Source of the DNA: Opitutales bacterium
Lineage (GTDB): Bacteria; Verrucomicrobiota; Verrucomicrobiia; Opitutales; Coraliomargaritaceae
Reading direction: 5' to 3'
Length of the DNA: 32,000 bases
NCBI GenBank assembly: GCA_049606355.1
Contig: JBMYVL010000002.1
Location: forward strand, 120,001 to 152,000
Position 1 is the first letter of the stretch. Each line of letters opens with the position of its first letter. Below the pieces are notes generated by a model, which ran no database searches, was not told the origin of the DNA, and saw only the letters and a program-made list of their open reading frames with translations. The position numbers were made by a program, and so were the translations under genes. Below are positions 8,505 to 16,678 of the stretch, piece by piece.

Positions 8505-9518
8505 TCATTTCATCAGGTGCTTGGCGTGCAATAGCTCGGCAATTTGTAGTGCATTCAACGCAGCACCCTTCCACAGCTGGTCACCGGTTACCCAGAGTGC
8601 GATACCGTTCTCAAAGACCGCATCCTTGCGAATGCGCCCAACCCCACAAGGAACAACCTCTGAATAGTTCAGCGGCATTGGATACTTCGACTGCGCAGGG
8701 TCATCAACTAATTCGGCACCATCGAAAGCATCGATGGCAGCGCGCGCGACCTCGATATTTACCGGGCGTTCAAATTCAGCACTAATTGAAATCGAATGGG
8801 CACGGAAGACAGGCACGCGCACACAGGTGCAAGTCACCTGTAAGTCCCCAAGTCCCATAATTTTTTGCCCCTCATTGAGCATTTTCATTTCTTCGCGTGT
8901 ATACCCATCCTCGAGAAAGCTGTCCACATGCGGTAGTAGGTTGAAAGCGATTTGGTGGGGATACACCTGAGACTGCATCGGTTCGCCCTTTGCCCATGCC
9001 CTCGTTTGTTCCTCAAGTTCGGCTAAGCCCCCTGCCCCGCTGCCTGAGACTGCCTGATAGGTCGATGCAATGAAACGCTTCAGGCCAAAAGCTTGGTGCA
9101 GCGGGTAGAGTCCCATGAGCGTAATCGCTGTCGAACAGTTGGGATTGGCAATTATGCCTTGATGGTTGTCGATCGCTTCCGGGTTGATTTCCGGTACGAT
9201 GAGCGGCACCGATGGGTCCATGCGGAAGGCCGAGGAATTATCGATCACAATACAGCCGCGGTCGACTGCAGCTTGTGCGAATTCCTTCGATTGTCCGCCG
9301 CCTGCACTAAAAATACACACATCCAGACCCGCAAAACTTTCCGGAGTTGCTTCCTGGATGGTCCACGATTGGTCCGCATAATGGTGCTTTTTCCCGGCAG
9401 AGCGCGCGGATGCGAGTAGGCGCAACTCAGCTATTGGGAATTTGCGTTCGTGCAGTAAGCGAATGATTTCTTGACCGACTGCGCCAGTCGCTCCGAGTAT
9501 GCCAACCTTGTATGCCAT
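8505..9518 (-). CDS. asd: aspartate-semialdehyde dehydrogenase
   Basis: Contains MAYKVGILGATGAVGQE (Rossmann motif) and the active-site IANPNCSTAI. The start is set at ATG 9518 (residue M33 of the track ORF) because Asd proteins begin right before GxxGxxG. Confidence 0.93.
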   Translation of the reverse strand: MAYKVGILGATGAVGQEIIRLLHERKFPIAELRLLASARSAGKKHHYADQSWTIQEATPESFAGLDVCIFSAGGGQSKEFAQAAVDRGCIVIDNSSAFRMDPSVPLIVPEINPEAIDNHQGIIANPNCSTAITLMGLYPLHQAFGLKRFIASTYQAVSGSGAGGLAELEEQTRAWAKGEPMQSQVYPHQIAFNLLPHVDSFLEDGYTREEMKMLNEGQKIMGLGDLQVTCTCVRVPVFRAHSISISAEFERPVNIEVARAAIDAFDGAELVDDPAQSKYPMPLNYSEVVPCGVGRIRKDAVFENGIALWVTGDQLWKGAALNALQIAELLHAKHLMK

Positions 9519-10060
9519 TGAATTTAAACGTGGAAAACGGGCGTGTAAATCAAAGCTGCGCGGCCTTGTCAATCTCGCCGACTCGCCACCAGCTGCTTGT
9601 TTCGATTGCTTCACAACAGCTCTTCCACTTCAGGGATGGGCAACTCATGCGGCAGTATCGGGTTTCGACTTCGAAAAACCCGCCCAGTTGCCGCGCAAAC
9701 TCCTATGGAACGCCAACGGGCTTACATGCAATCGCCGAAAAAATCGGGCATGCGCAACCAATTGGAATGGTCTTTGAGGGACGCCAGCCCACCCGTCACG
9801 TTTCTGAATATTCGGCAGCTGAACAACTCGGCAATCTAATCACCACGCGCATCCTACGCCTGCGTGGTTTACAACCGCGCTATAATCAGGGTGAAGGATG
9901 CGATTCGTATGAGCGTTACATATATCTGCACGGCACCAATCATGAAGATCGTATCGGACAACCTTTTAGCGGGGGTTGCGTCGAGATGTTGAATGCGGAC
10001 ATTATCGAACTGTTCAACCAGTTGCATGTGAATGATCTGGTTTGGATTACAGAAAATTAA
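9512..10060 (+). CDS. L,D-transpeptidase (YkuD/ErfK catalytic domain) protein
   Basis: 182 aa with the catalytic signature YLHGTNHEDRIGQPFSGGCVEM (His...Ser-x-Gly-Cys). An alternative GTG start exists at 9530. No N-terminal hydrophobic signal sequence is visible. Confidence 0.8.
   Translation: MPLNLNVENGRVNQSCAALSISPTRHQLLVSIASQQLFHFRDGQLMRQYRVSTSKNPPSCRANSYGTPTGLHAIAEKIGHAQPIGMVFEGRQPTRHVSEYSAAEQLGNLITTRILRLRGLQPRYNQGEGCDSYERYIYLHGTNHEDRIGQPFSGGCVEMLNADIIELFNQLHVNDLVWITEN
9544..9572 (-). promoter_or_regulatory. candidate sigma70-type promoter for asd, embedded in the 5' coding region of the divergent L,D-transpeptidase gene
   Basis: The minus strand reads TTGACA (9572-9567), a 17-nt spacer, then TTTACA (9549-9544), about 25 nt upstream of the asd ATG. 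The -35 is perfect and the -10 is weak. This is pattern match only. Confidence 0.25.
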
Positions 10061-10101
10061 GAGAACTTTGCTATACCCTTTCATTCAGTTGTTTAACACC
10101 C

Positions 10102-11349
10102 ATGCGCATCCCTAATCCACTAACGATTTCAGTTGTTTGGCTAGCCACGGTCCTGGTTGCTTTCGCACTCGGCCGCAGCCTTCAGCTGGCAACGCAATCG
10201 AATGAAGGCGAGGCCGCTCCTGCCGTCGCTGGCGCACAGTCCATGGATACGATGCAGGATGCCGCAGGCAGGGCACATTCTGATACTACAAGTGACGGAG
10301 AGGTGCCTGCAGATAGTTTAGGTGGAGCCAGTGATTCCACACGAACCTTGGCTCAGTTAGCGGCCGCTTTTTCCAAACCGACGAGCGATCCAAAGCGTGC
10401 CGCAAGTATTCGTGAGCTGTTGATCCATCTGGCCGAAGCGCAACCGAAGATCGCTCTGATGCAAGCGACGCAGATCGCTTCCCTGCGGGATCGGCAACGT
10501 GCAGTGCTGAGCATCCTAGAAGTCTGGGGTGCGAGTAAGCCCTATGCAGCACTCGCGTGGGCGGAGTCGCACTCGGCACACTTGCCGCAAAAATCCCTGC
10601 AGCGACAACTACGGGCAATTTACCGAGGCATGGCTAAAGCCGATCCGACTCAGGCATTCGCGCAAGCCTTGAGCATGCCCGAAGACGATAGCATAACAAA
10701 GCGACGCCGTGAACAAATGTTGAGCCAGGTTATTGAGACACAGGTGCGCAACGGTGGCCTTGGTGTGGCACGCGCCACGATCGAAGCGATGGATGAAGGA
10801 GATACGAAAAACCGGCTACTGAGTGAACTGATTCATGAGTGGGCAAGCTATGATCCAACCCGTGCCGCAGACTACGTGCTCTCCCTTGGCGATTCAGCTA
10901 GCACACGGATGAAACATTCTCTGCTCCGAGAGTGGGCTGAAAGTGATCCGGCTGCCGCTTCAGCTTGGTTGAGTGCGCTCGATCCGGACGACCCCACACT
11001 GGGCCGCGCCACTCCTAGTATCATTCGTGAATGGGCGCAATATGACTTAACGGCATCTGCCGAGTGGCTGAATACACTACCCGCTTCTCCTGCACTGGAT
11101 CGTGCCGTTGCCAGTTATACCTACCGTGCGGCACAAGAAGATCCTGCCACCGCCATGGGATGGGCGGAGTCTGTAAACAACGAGCGTACGAAGGGGTTTT
11201 TAGTCGAACGGGTCGCGGCCTACTGGAAAGAGCAAGATCCCTCGGCCTTTGCCGCTTATTTGGAGACCGGAGGGTTCAGTGATGCAGATAAAGAACGCTT
11301 AACAAATGCTCGTTTTCACGGCGGTCATTGGAGTCGCAACGCTCGTTGA
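10102..11349 (+). CDS. membrane-anchored helical-repeat protein, function unknown
   Basis: The start is set at ATG 10102 (MRIPNPLTISVVWLATVLVAFALG, a single N-terminal TM/signal anchor). An acidic, Ser/Thr-rich linker follows, then tandem units of about 32 aa. Confidence 0.75.
   Translation: MRIPNPLTISVVWLATVLVAFALGRSLQLATQSNEGEAAPAVAGAQSMDTMQDAAGRAHSDTTSDGEVPADSLGGASDSTRTLAQLAAAFSKPTSDPKRAASIRELLIHLAEAQPKIALMQATQIASLRDRQRAVLSILEVWGASKPYAALAWAESHSAHLPQKSLQRQLRAIYRGMAKADPTQAFAQALSMPEDDSITKRRREQMLSQVIETQVRNGGLGVARATIEAMDEGDTKNRLLSELIHEWASYDPTRAADYVLSLGDSASTRMKHSLLREWAESDPAAASAWLSALDPDDPTLGRATPSIIREWAQYDLTASAEWLNTLPASPALDRAVASYTYRAAQEDPATAMGWAESVNNERTKGFLVERVAAYWKEQDPSAFAAYLETGGFSDADKERLTNARFHGGHWSRNAR
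10369..11287 (+). repeat. intragenic tandem protein repeat: about 9 units of roughly 32 aa, consensus approximately hhxxWAxxDPxxAxxWhxxLp
   Basis: Examples are ILEVWGASKPYAALAWAESH, YRGMAKADPTQAFAQALSMP, LIHEWASYDPTRAADYVLSLG, LLREWAESDPAAASAWLSALDP, IIREWAQYDLTASAEWLNTLP, YRAAQEDPATAMGWAESVN and VAAYWKEQDPSAFAAYLETGG. The DP anchors at ORF residues 271, 302, 335, 367 and 399 are spaced 31-33 aa apart. Confidence 0.7.
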
Positions 11350-11454
11350 CGCTCCTTGGTCAGCGTGTTATCGCTACGTTAATAACTCCTCAAATCGCCA
11401 ACTAGACAAATACAACGATTGCGCTTTGGCCACCTTCGAGAAAACTCGCCGTTA

Positions 11455-12006
11455 ATGCCCAATGAATACGACTCGATGACTGTAGGATCGGAAAATACTC
11501 TGGAGTGGTTCTGCCTTCGGACCCAAGTAAAACGGGAGCACATTGCAGCGGCGATGCTTTCAAGGCTAGAAAATGTCGATGTTTTCTGCCCGCGTATTAG
11601 TCAGGTTAAAAAAACCAAAACAGGGAAGAAACGTTTCGTTGAGGCGATGTTCCCTGGCTACATCTTCGCTTGTTTCTCGTTTCGCGATAATTACCGACGT
11701 GTCATTTATACACAGGGCGTGAGCGCTCTCGTTGCTCAGGGCGATCGTCGTGCCATCCCAGAGCACATTATACAAGAGCTGCGCACGACACTACCTGAAG
11801 GTATTATTGAGGCGCCCGACCTCAGTATCCTTCCAGGTGCTCAAGTTGAGTTTGTAGCAGGGTCACTCAAAGGACTCAACGGTACTGTTATTGCGCAGCT
11901 CCCAGCAGAGAACCGCGTTCAGGTGCTGCTCGATTTCCTGGGGCGCGAGATTACGGTAGCAGTCAGTGCCGAGGGCATCATCGCCTCTGATAAAGGCAAG
12001 GCATAG
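11455..12006 (+). CDS. specialised NusG paralogue (RfaH/UpxY-like transcription antiterminator)
   Basis: The NGN domain (EWFCLRTQVKRE..., AMFPGYIFACF, TQGVSALVAQG) and KOW domain (PGAQVEFVAGSLKGLNGTVIA...NRVQVLLDFLGREI) align motif by motif with E. coli RfaH (WYLLYCKRGQ, PLFPNYLFVEF, TRGVSHFVRFG, PGDKVIITEGAFEGFQAIF). The gene is not in a secE-nusG-rplK context. The start is ATG 11455 or ATG 11476; the track start 11419 is TTG. Confidence 0.8.
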   Translation: MPNEYDSMTVGSENTLEWFCLRTQVKREHIAAAMLSRLENVDVFCPRISQVKKTKTGKKRFVEAMFPGYIFACFSFRDNYRRVIYTQGVSALVAQGDRRAIPEHIIQELRTTLPEGIIEAPDLSILPGAQVEFVAGSLKGLNGTVIAQLPAENRVQVLLDFLGREITVAVSAEGIIASDKGKA

Positions 12007-12061
12007 TGTCGATTGATTTCGCTCGACAGCCAAGTTACGACTGGACGCGGTAGTGTGCTGT

Positions 12062-13435
12062 CTACGGTTTAGCGATCGCGACAAAAATTTGCTCAAAGGC
12101 TGCAATCGCTTTTTGCATCAGCTGCAGGTCAAAGCTCTCATCGGGTGCATGTAAGTTATCCACGGGTGTAAACAAGCCAACCATCAACGCATCCAGTCCA
12201 GCTCGTGCCTTAAAATCCGCAATGACCGGTATGCTGCCACCCTCGCGCAAGTAAATGGGAGCTTGCCCAAAATTTTCAGTGAGCGCGATTTCAGTGGAGC
12301 GAAAGGCTTTAGCCAGTGATTTCGGCTGATCCATCGGAGTATTGGGCCGATCCGGAGGGACCACTAAATAAGCAGGTGCGACCGCTCCGCGACGCACTGA
12401 TAAGCGCACGCCATCTGGGCAGCGATTGGTTATCGCCGCGACTACCTTATCCTGCACGTGCGCAGGGTCTTGATTGGCCACTAGGCGACAGGTGATTTTC
12501 GCGAAGCCTTCACTGGGGATCACCGTTTTACTTCCCTTCCCTTGATAGCCGCCACCGATACCATTGAACTCCAGAGTGGGTCCAAAGCGTACCGCCTCCA
12601 ACGGATTCAGCCCTTTCGCCGGAGCAAATGCAGGCACATCCAGCAGCGCTTGGTAACTCTCGACAGTTTCTGGGTATCGTTGCAACTCCGCACGCTCCCA
12701 ATCCATTAGAGGCTCAACCCCATCATAAAACCCAGGCACATTCACACTGCCATCGGGGTTGTGAAGCGAGGCGCAGATCTCAGATAGCGCTTGTAGCGGA
12801 TTATAAACCGCGCCGCCGTGTATTCCTGAGTGAAGATCCACCTTAGGACCTTTGAGTTTAATTTCTAAATCAACCAATCCTCGTAAAGCAGTCGTAATGA
12901 CGATTTGATTCGTATTCGGGCTACCAGTATCCGAAACCAACATGAAGTCAGCCTTGCGTAGGCGTTCTCCATATTGGTCGAAAAATTTCGGCATGCTGGG
13001 ACTTCCAATCTCCTCCTCGCCCTCAATCACGTAGGTAAAGTTCAACGGTAACTGTGGGTACTTCTCTAGGACGCATGCCAGCGCAGCCATATGGACAATT
13101 GTCGGCCCCTTGTTGTCTGCTGCACCACGCCCATAGATTCGCCCATCGCGTACGACCGGATCAAACGCATCCGTAGTCCATTGGTCGAACGGATCAGCCG
13201 GCTGTACGTCGTAATGACCGTAGAGCACCACATGAGGCCAATCCGGATTGCCGTGCCGCTCCGCCAGCAAAATCGGATGTAAATCCGTTTCGATCGTCTC
13301 GACGCTAAATCCTAATGCCTCCAAGCGCGCATTTACGTAAGCTCGAGCGCCTTGCATTCCCGAGGCATAGGAGGGATCAGTGGAAACTGATGGGAAGCGG
13401 ATGTATTCTTTGAGGGCCTCGACTGGGTCAAACAT
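12062..13435 (-). CDS. M20 family metallopeptidase (dipeptidase/ArgE-DapE-like)
   Basis: Contains LYGHYDVQPADP, GRGAADNKGP and VIEGEEEIGS metal-ligand motifs. The start is set at ATG 13435 (MFDPVEALKEYIRFPSVS); the track start 13495 is TTG. Confidence 0.88.
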   Translation of the reverse strand: MFDPVEALKEYIRFPSVSTDPSYASGMQGARAYVNARLEALGFSVETIETDLHPILLAERHGNPDWPHVVLYGHYDVQPADPFDQWTTDAFDPVVRDGRIYGRGAADNKGPTIVHMAALACVLEKYPQLPLNFTYVIEGEEEIGSPSMPKFFDQYGERLRKADFMLVSDTGSPNTNQIVITTALRGLVDLEIKLKGPKVDLHSGIHGGAVYNPLQALSEICASLHNPDGSVNVPGFYDGVEPLMDWERAELQRYPETVESYQALLDVPAFAPAKGLNPLEAVRFGPTLEFNGIGGGYQGKGSKTVIPSEGFAKITCRLVANQDPAHVQDKVVAAITNRCPDGVRLSVRRGAVAPAYLVVPPDRPNTPMDQPKSLAKAFRSTEIALTENFGQAPIYLREGGSIPVIADFKARAGLDALMVGLFTPVDNLHAPDESFDLQLMQKAIAAFEQIFVAIAKP

Positions 13436-13571
13436 AACGAATGTAAAGGTAGTGCAATTGGTATGCGAAGCTGCCGCCTGTTTAAATAATTGCAAGGCAG
13501 CTTCGCCTTAAAAGCTGCACCAAAGGCCGCTTAACCCCCAGAGACCGCTTCCCTCGCCGCGCGAGTCACGC

Positions 13572-14363
13572 TCACCTCAATTGGCTGTGGTGATATTCCA
13601 ACAGCGCACGCGGCAGGACAGCATTGAGACGGCGCTGCCGTGTGGCATCGGATGGGTGCGTGGACAGAAACTCCGGTGGCCCGCCGTTTTTCGCAGTTTC
13701 CATACGCCTCCAAAAGTCGATTGCAGTACGTGGATCATACCCTGCGCGAGCGGCATAGATAAGGCCGATTTCATCCGCCTCGGTTTCATGTAAGCGACTG
13801 TACGGCAGGAGTGCACCCAGTGTAGTGCCCGCGCCATAAGCAATCATGATGAGTCTCCGATCCTCCGTATCCATTTCACGGGTACCCAAATCCACAGCCA
13901 GAGCGCCGCCCGCTGCCAAGAGTTGCTGAGTGACGCGCTCCGCCCCGTGACCGGCGACGACGTGCGCTATTTCATGCCCTAAGACGATAGCCAAATCTGC
14001 ATCGGATTTGACCACATCAAAGAGACCGGTGTAAATCGCCACCTTCCCGCCCGGCATGGCAAATGCATTGATTTGCTCTGGGTCATCGAAGACAACGAAC
14101 TCCCAGTTGGCATTGGGAAGGTCTGGAGCAGCTGCGTACGCGATGCGCTTACCGACACGCTGCATCATCGCGTTGTACGAGGCATCAGTCGACACGCTTG
14201 ACTCCTTCTTTAACTCGCCGAATTGAGCAGCTGCGACAACTGCTAACTGTTCCGAAGAAATCAGATGCATCGCCGAGCGCCCTGTGATCGGCACAGTCGT
14301 GCACGCCGCAACAATCAGCCAAAGCGTTAACGCAACTAACAGAGGCAATGACTTAACCAACAT
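13572..14363 (-). CDS. M48 family zinc metallopeptidase, probable lipoprotein
   Basis: Contains the HExxH motif LGHEIAHVVAGH. The N-terminal signal peptide has a lipobox-like LIVAAC. The C-terminal part has the M48/LoiP-like layout. Confidence 0.88.
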   Translation of the reverse strand: MLVKSLPLLVALTLWLIVAACTTVPITGRSAMHLISSEQLAVVAAAQFGELKKESSVSTDASYNAMMQRVGKRIAYAAAPDLPNANWEFVVFDDPEQINAFAMPGGKVAIYTGLFDVVKSDADLAIVLGHEIAHVVAGHGAERVTQQLLAAGGALAVDLGTREMDTEDRRLIMIAYGAGTTLGALLPYSRLHETEADEIGLIYAARAGYDPRTAIDFWRRMETAKNGGPPEFLSTHPSDATRQRRLNAVLPRALLEYHHSQLR

Positions 14364-14427
14364 TAGGCGAGCGTAGCCGGTCGATTCGCTGATTTCGAGT
14401 GAAAATATCAGCCGACAAACTTGCCCG

Positions 14428-15978
14428 CTAATGCTTAAAGTGTCGCTTGCCGGTAAAGATCATTGCCATGTCACGATCGTCAGCTGCGGCAATCACCTCA
14501 TTGTCACGTACCGATCCGCCCGGCTGGATCGCAGCCACAGCACCCGCCTCTGCAGCCGCGATCAGTCCATCCGGAAACGGGAAAAAGGCATCCGAGCAAA
14601 CGACCGAGCCAGCTAAGGAAAGTTGCGCCTCCCCTGCTTTCCAGACGGCGATCTTTGAACTGTCCACACGTGACATCTGCCCTGCGCCGACTCCGAGGGT
14701 GCGTTCACATCCTGCATAAACAATTGCGTTCGACTTGACGTGCTTGACAACATTCCAACCGAAAATCATCGCGCGCATCTCCTCTTCACTCGGTTGACGC
14801 TTGGAGACAACGGTCCAGTCACTGGGACGATCCGACATCGCATCGCGATCCTGCAACAAAACACCGCCAACAACGGAGCGCACCTCTCGCAATGAATCCG
14901 CAGGCAATGAGCCCTTTGTCGACATCAAGCGAAGGTTTTTCTTTTTCGCAAACACTTCGCGGGCCGCAGGTGTGAAATCGGGAGCAATGATCACCTCGCA
15001 GAATATTTGACTTATGATCTCGGCGAGATCCACATCCATCGTTTGATTCACTACGATAATCCCGCCAAAAGGCGCCTGCTGATCCGTTGCAAATGCCTGC
15101 TCCCAAGCAGTAACTAAATTATCAGCCGAGGCAACGCCACAAGGATTCGTGTGCTTGAGTATCGCTACTGTAGGCTTCTGAAACTCACCAATCAAATAGG
15201 TGGCAGCACTGATATCGATAATGTTGTTAAAGCTTAATTCCTTACCTTGATGTTGTTCAAAGCAGTCAAAGAAGCTGCCATACAGTGCTGCCTGTTGGTG
15301 CGGATTTTCACCGTAACGCAGGGACTGCGCTTGTGGATATTGAATCCTCAATTCAGTGGGGATACCGGCAATTTCACCGAGGTCAGGGGAGTCACTCACT
15401 TGATCCTCTAAATAGCGTGAAATCGCAGCATCATAGGCCGCAGTTCGTTGGAAGACTTTCAGTGCCAACTCACGGCGTAATTTGGCGAGGGCCACAGGGT
15501 CGTCCATGGCGTCAAGCACGCGATCGTAGTCACTGGCATCTACGACAACGGACACCGAAGCGTGATTCTTAGCTGCGGAGCGGAGCATCGAAGGCCCACC
15601 AATATCGATATTCTCAATCGCCAATTCAAAACTGACATCCGGCTTGGCGACGGTCGCTTCAAACGGGTATAGGTTGACCACAACTAAATCGATCATATCG
15701 ATACCGTGGTCACTGGCAGCTGCCATGTGGTCGGCTTTATCGCGACGGGCCAACAATCCGCCATGAATTTTCGGATGGAGCGTTTTCACGCGGCCCTCCA
15801 TCATTTCAGGAAATCCAGTATAGTCGCTCACTTCGGTGACGGCGACCCCCTCCTGCTCTAAAAGCTTGGCCGTACCACCTGTCGATAGGAGTCGGTAGCC
15901 ATGCTGCTCGACCAAAGACTTAGCAAAGGGCACGAGGCCTGTTTTATCGCTTACGGATAGAAGTGCGGTTTTTTGCAT
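14428..15978 (-). CDS. purH: bifunctional AICAR transformylase / IMP cyclohydrolase
   Basis: The N-terminal MGS-like domain ([15 protein letters not shown]...LLSTGGTAK) and C-terminal AICARFT domain ending [30 protein letters not shown] are present. The start is set at ATG 15978. Confidence 0.96.
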   Translation of the reverse strand: MQKTALLSVSDKTGLVPFAKSLVEQHGYRLLSTGGTAKLLEQEGVAVTEVSDYTGFPEMMEGRVKTLHPKIHGGLLARRDKADHMAAASDHGIDMIDLVVVNLYPFEATVAKPDVSFELAIENIDIGGPSMLRSAAKNHASVSVVVDASDYDRVLDAMDDPVALAKLRRELALKVFQRTAAYDAAISRYLEDQVSDSPDLGEIAGIPTELRIQYPQAQSLRYGENPHQQAALYGSFFDCFEQHQGKELSFNNIIDISAATYLIGEFQKPTVAILKHTNPCGVASADNLVTAWEQAFATDQQAPFGGIIVVNQTMDVDLAEIISQIFCEVIIAPDFTPAAREVFAKKKNLRLMSTKGSLPADSLREVRSVVGGVLLQDRDAMSDRPSDWTVVSKRQPSEEEMRAMIFGWNVVKHVKSNAIVYAGCERTLGVGAGQMSRVDSSKIAVWKAGEAQLSLAGSVVCSDAFFPFPDGLIAAAEAGAVAAIQPGGSVRDNEVIAAADDRDMAMIFTGKRHFKH

Positions 15979-16130
15979 AAGTGGCCATTCGAGTGATCCC
16001 GATTCTTGAGTCAATGGATTAACTTAATTTCGACAAAGATTCTCGTCGTCCCCCACCCAGGCAGCCGCCCTTTCGGCCTCTAATCCAAGCAATGCTTGAA
16101 ACGATTTGGCTGATGCTTAGGCTTGTTCCC

Positions 16131-16646
16131 ATGTCCATCGAGTACATTCATCCTAGCGAATTGCCTCCCCTTATTGCAGCAGGCCACACTTTTATTGATG
16201 TGCGTACCCCTGCTGAATACCGAGCTGAATATCTTACCGGGTCGAAATCAATGCCCCTCGATCAAATCGATGCCGCGAGTGTTTACCGACAAAGTCGACC
16301 GGGCGATCCGATTTACATACTCTGCCAGAGTGGCAATCGCGCAGAAATAGCCGCGAAAAAGTTGGAAAATGCCGGCTGCAAGAGCATCTACATCGTCGAA
16401 GGTGGCCTATCTGCCGCTAAAGCAGCAGGCGTGGACATTCAGCAAGGGCAGCATGCCGTCTCGCTAGAGCGACAGGTTCGTATCGCAGCCGGTGCATTCG
16501 TAGTGCTTGGTACCGTTATGGGGAGCGTAATCCATCCTGGCTACCTAGCCATCCCGGCATTTGTCGGCGCAGGTTTGATCTTTGCCGGCATCACCGATAG
16601 CTGTGGTTTAGCCATGCTATTGGCAAGAATGCCATGGAATCGTTAA
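16131..16646 (+). CDS. rhodanese-domain sulfurtransferase with C-terminal membrane (DUF2892/YgaP-like) domain
   Basis: The rhodanese fold (FIDVRTPAEYRAEYLTGSKSMPL) has the active-site loop CQSGNRA. The C-terminus has two hydrophobic helices (IAAGAFVVLGTVMG; FVGAGLIFAGITDSCGLAMLL). The start is set at ATG 16131. Confidence 0.82.
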   Translation: MSIEYIHPSELPPLIAAGHTFIDVRTPAEYRAEYLTGSKSMPLDQIDAASVYRQSRPGDPIYILCQSGNRAEIAAKKLENAGCKSIYIVEGGLSAAKAAGVDIQQGQHAVSLERQVRIAAGAFVVLGTVMGSVIHPGYLAIPAFVGAGLIFAGITDSCGLAMLLARMPWNR

Positions 16647-16678
16647 CCCTCTTTGAAAGCATTGCACGTGCCTAAAGG

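Noticed and set aside
11608-11614. An A7 run inside the RfaH-like gene (GTTAAAAAAACC), considered as a possible slippery or frameshift site.
   Set aside because: It encodes the Lys-rich loop (QVKKTKTGKK) in frame. No alternative-frame ORF continues from it, and the KOW domain downstream is in the same frame.
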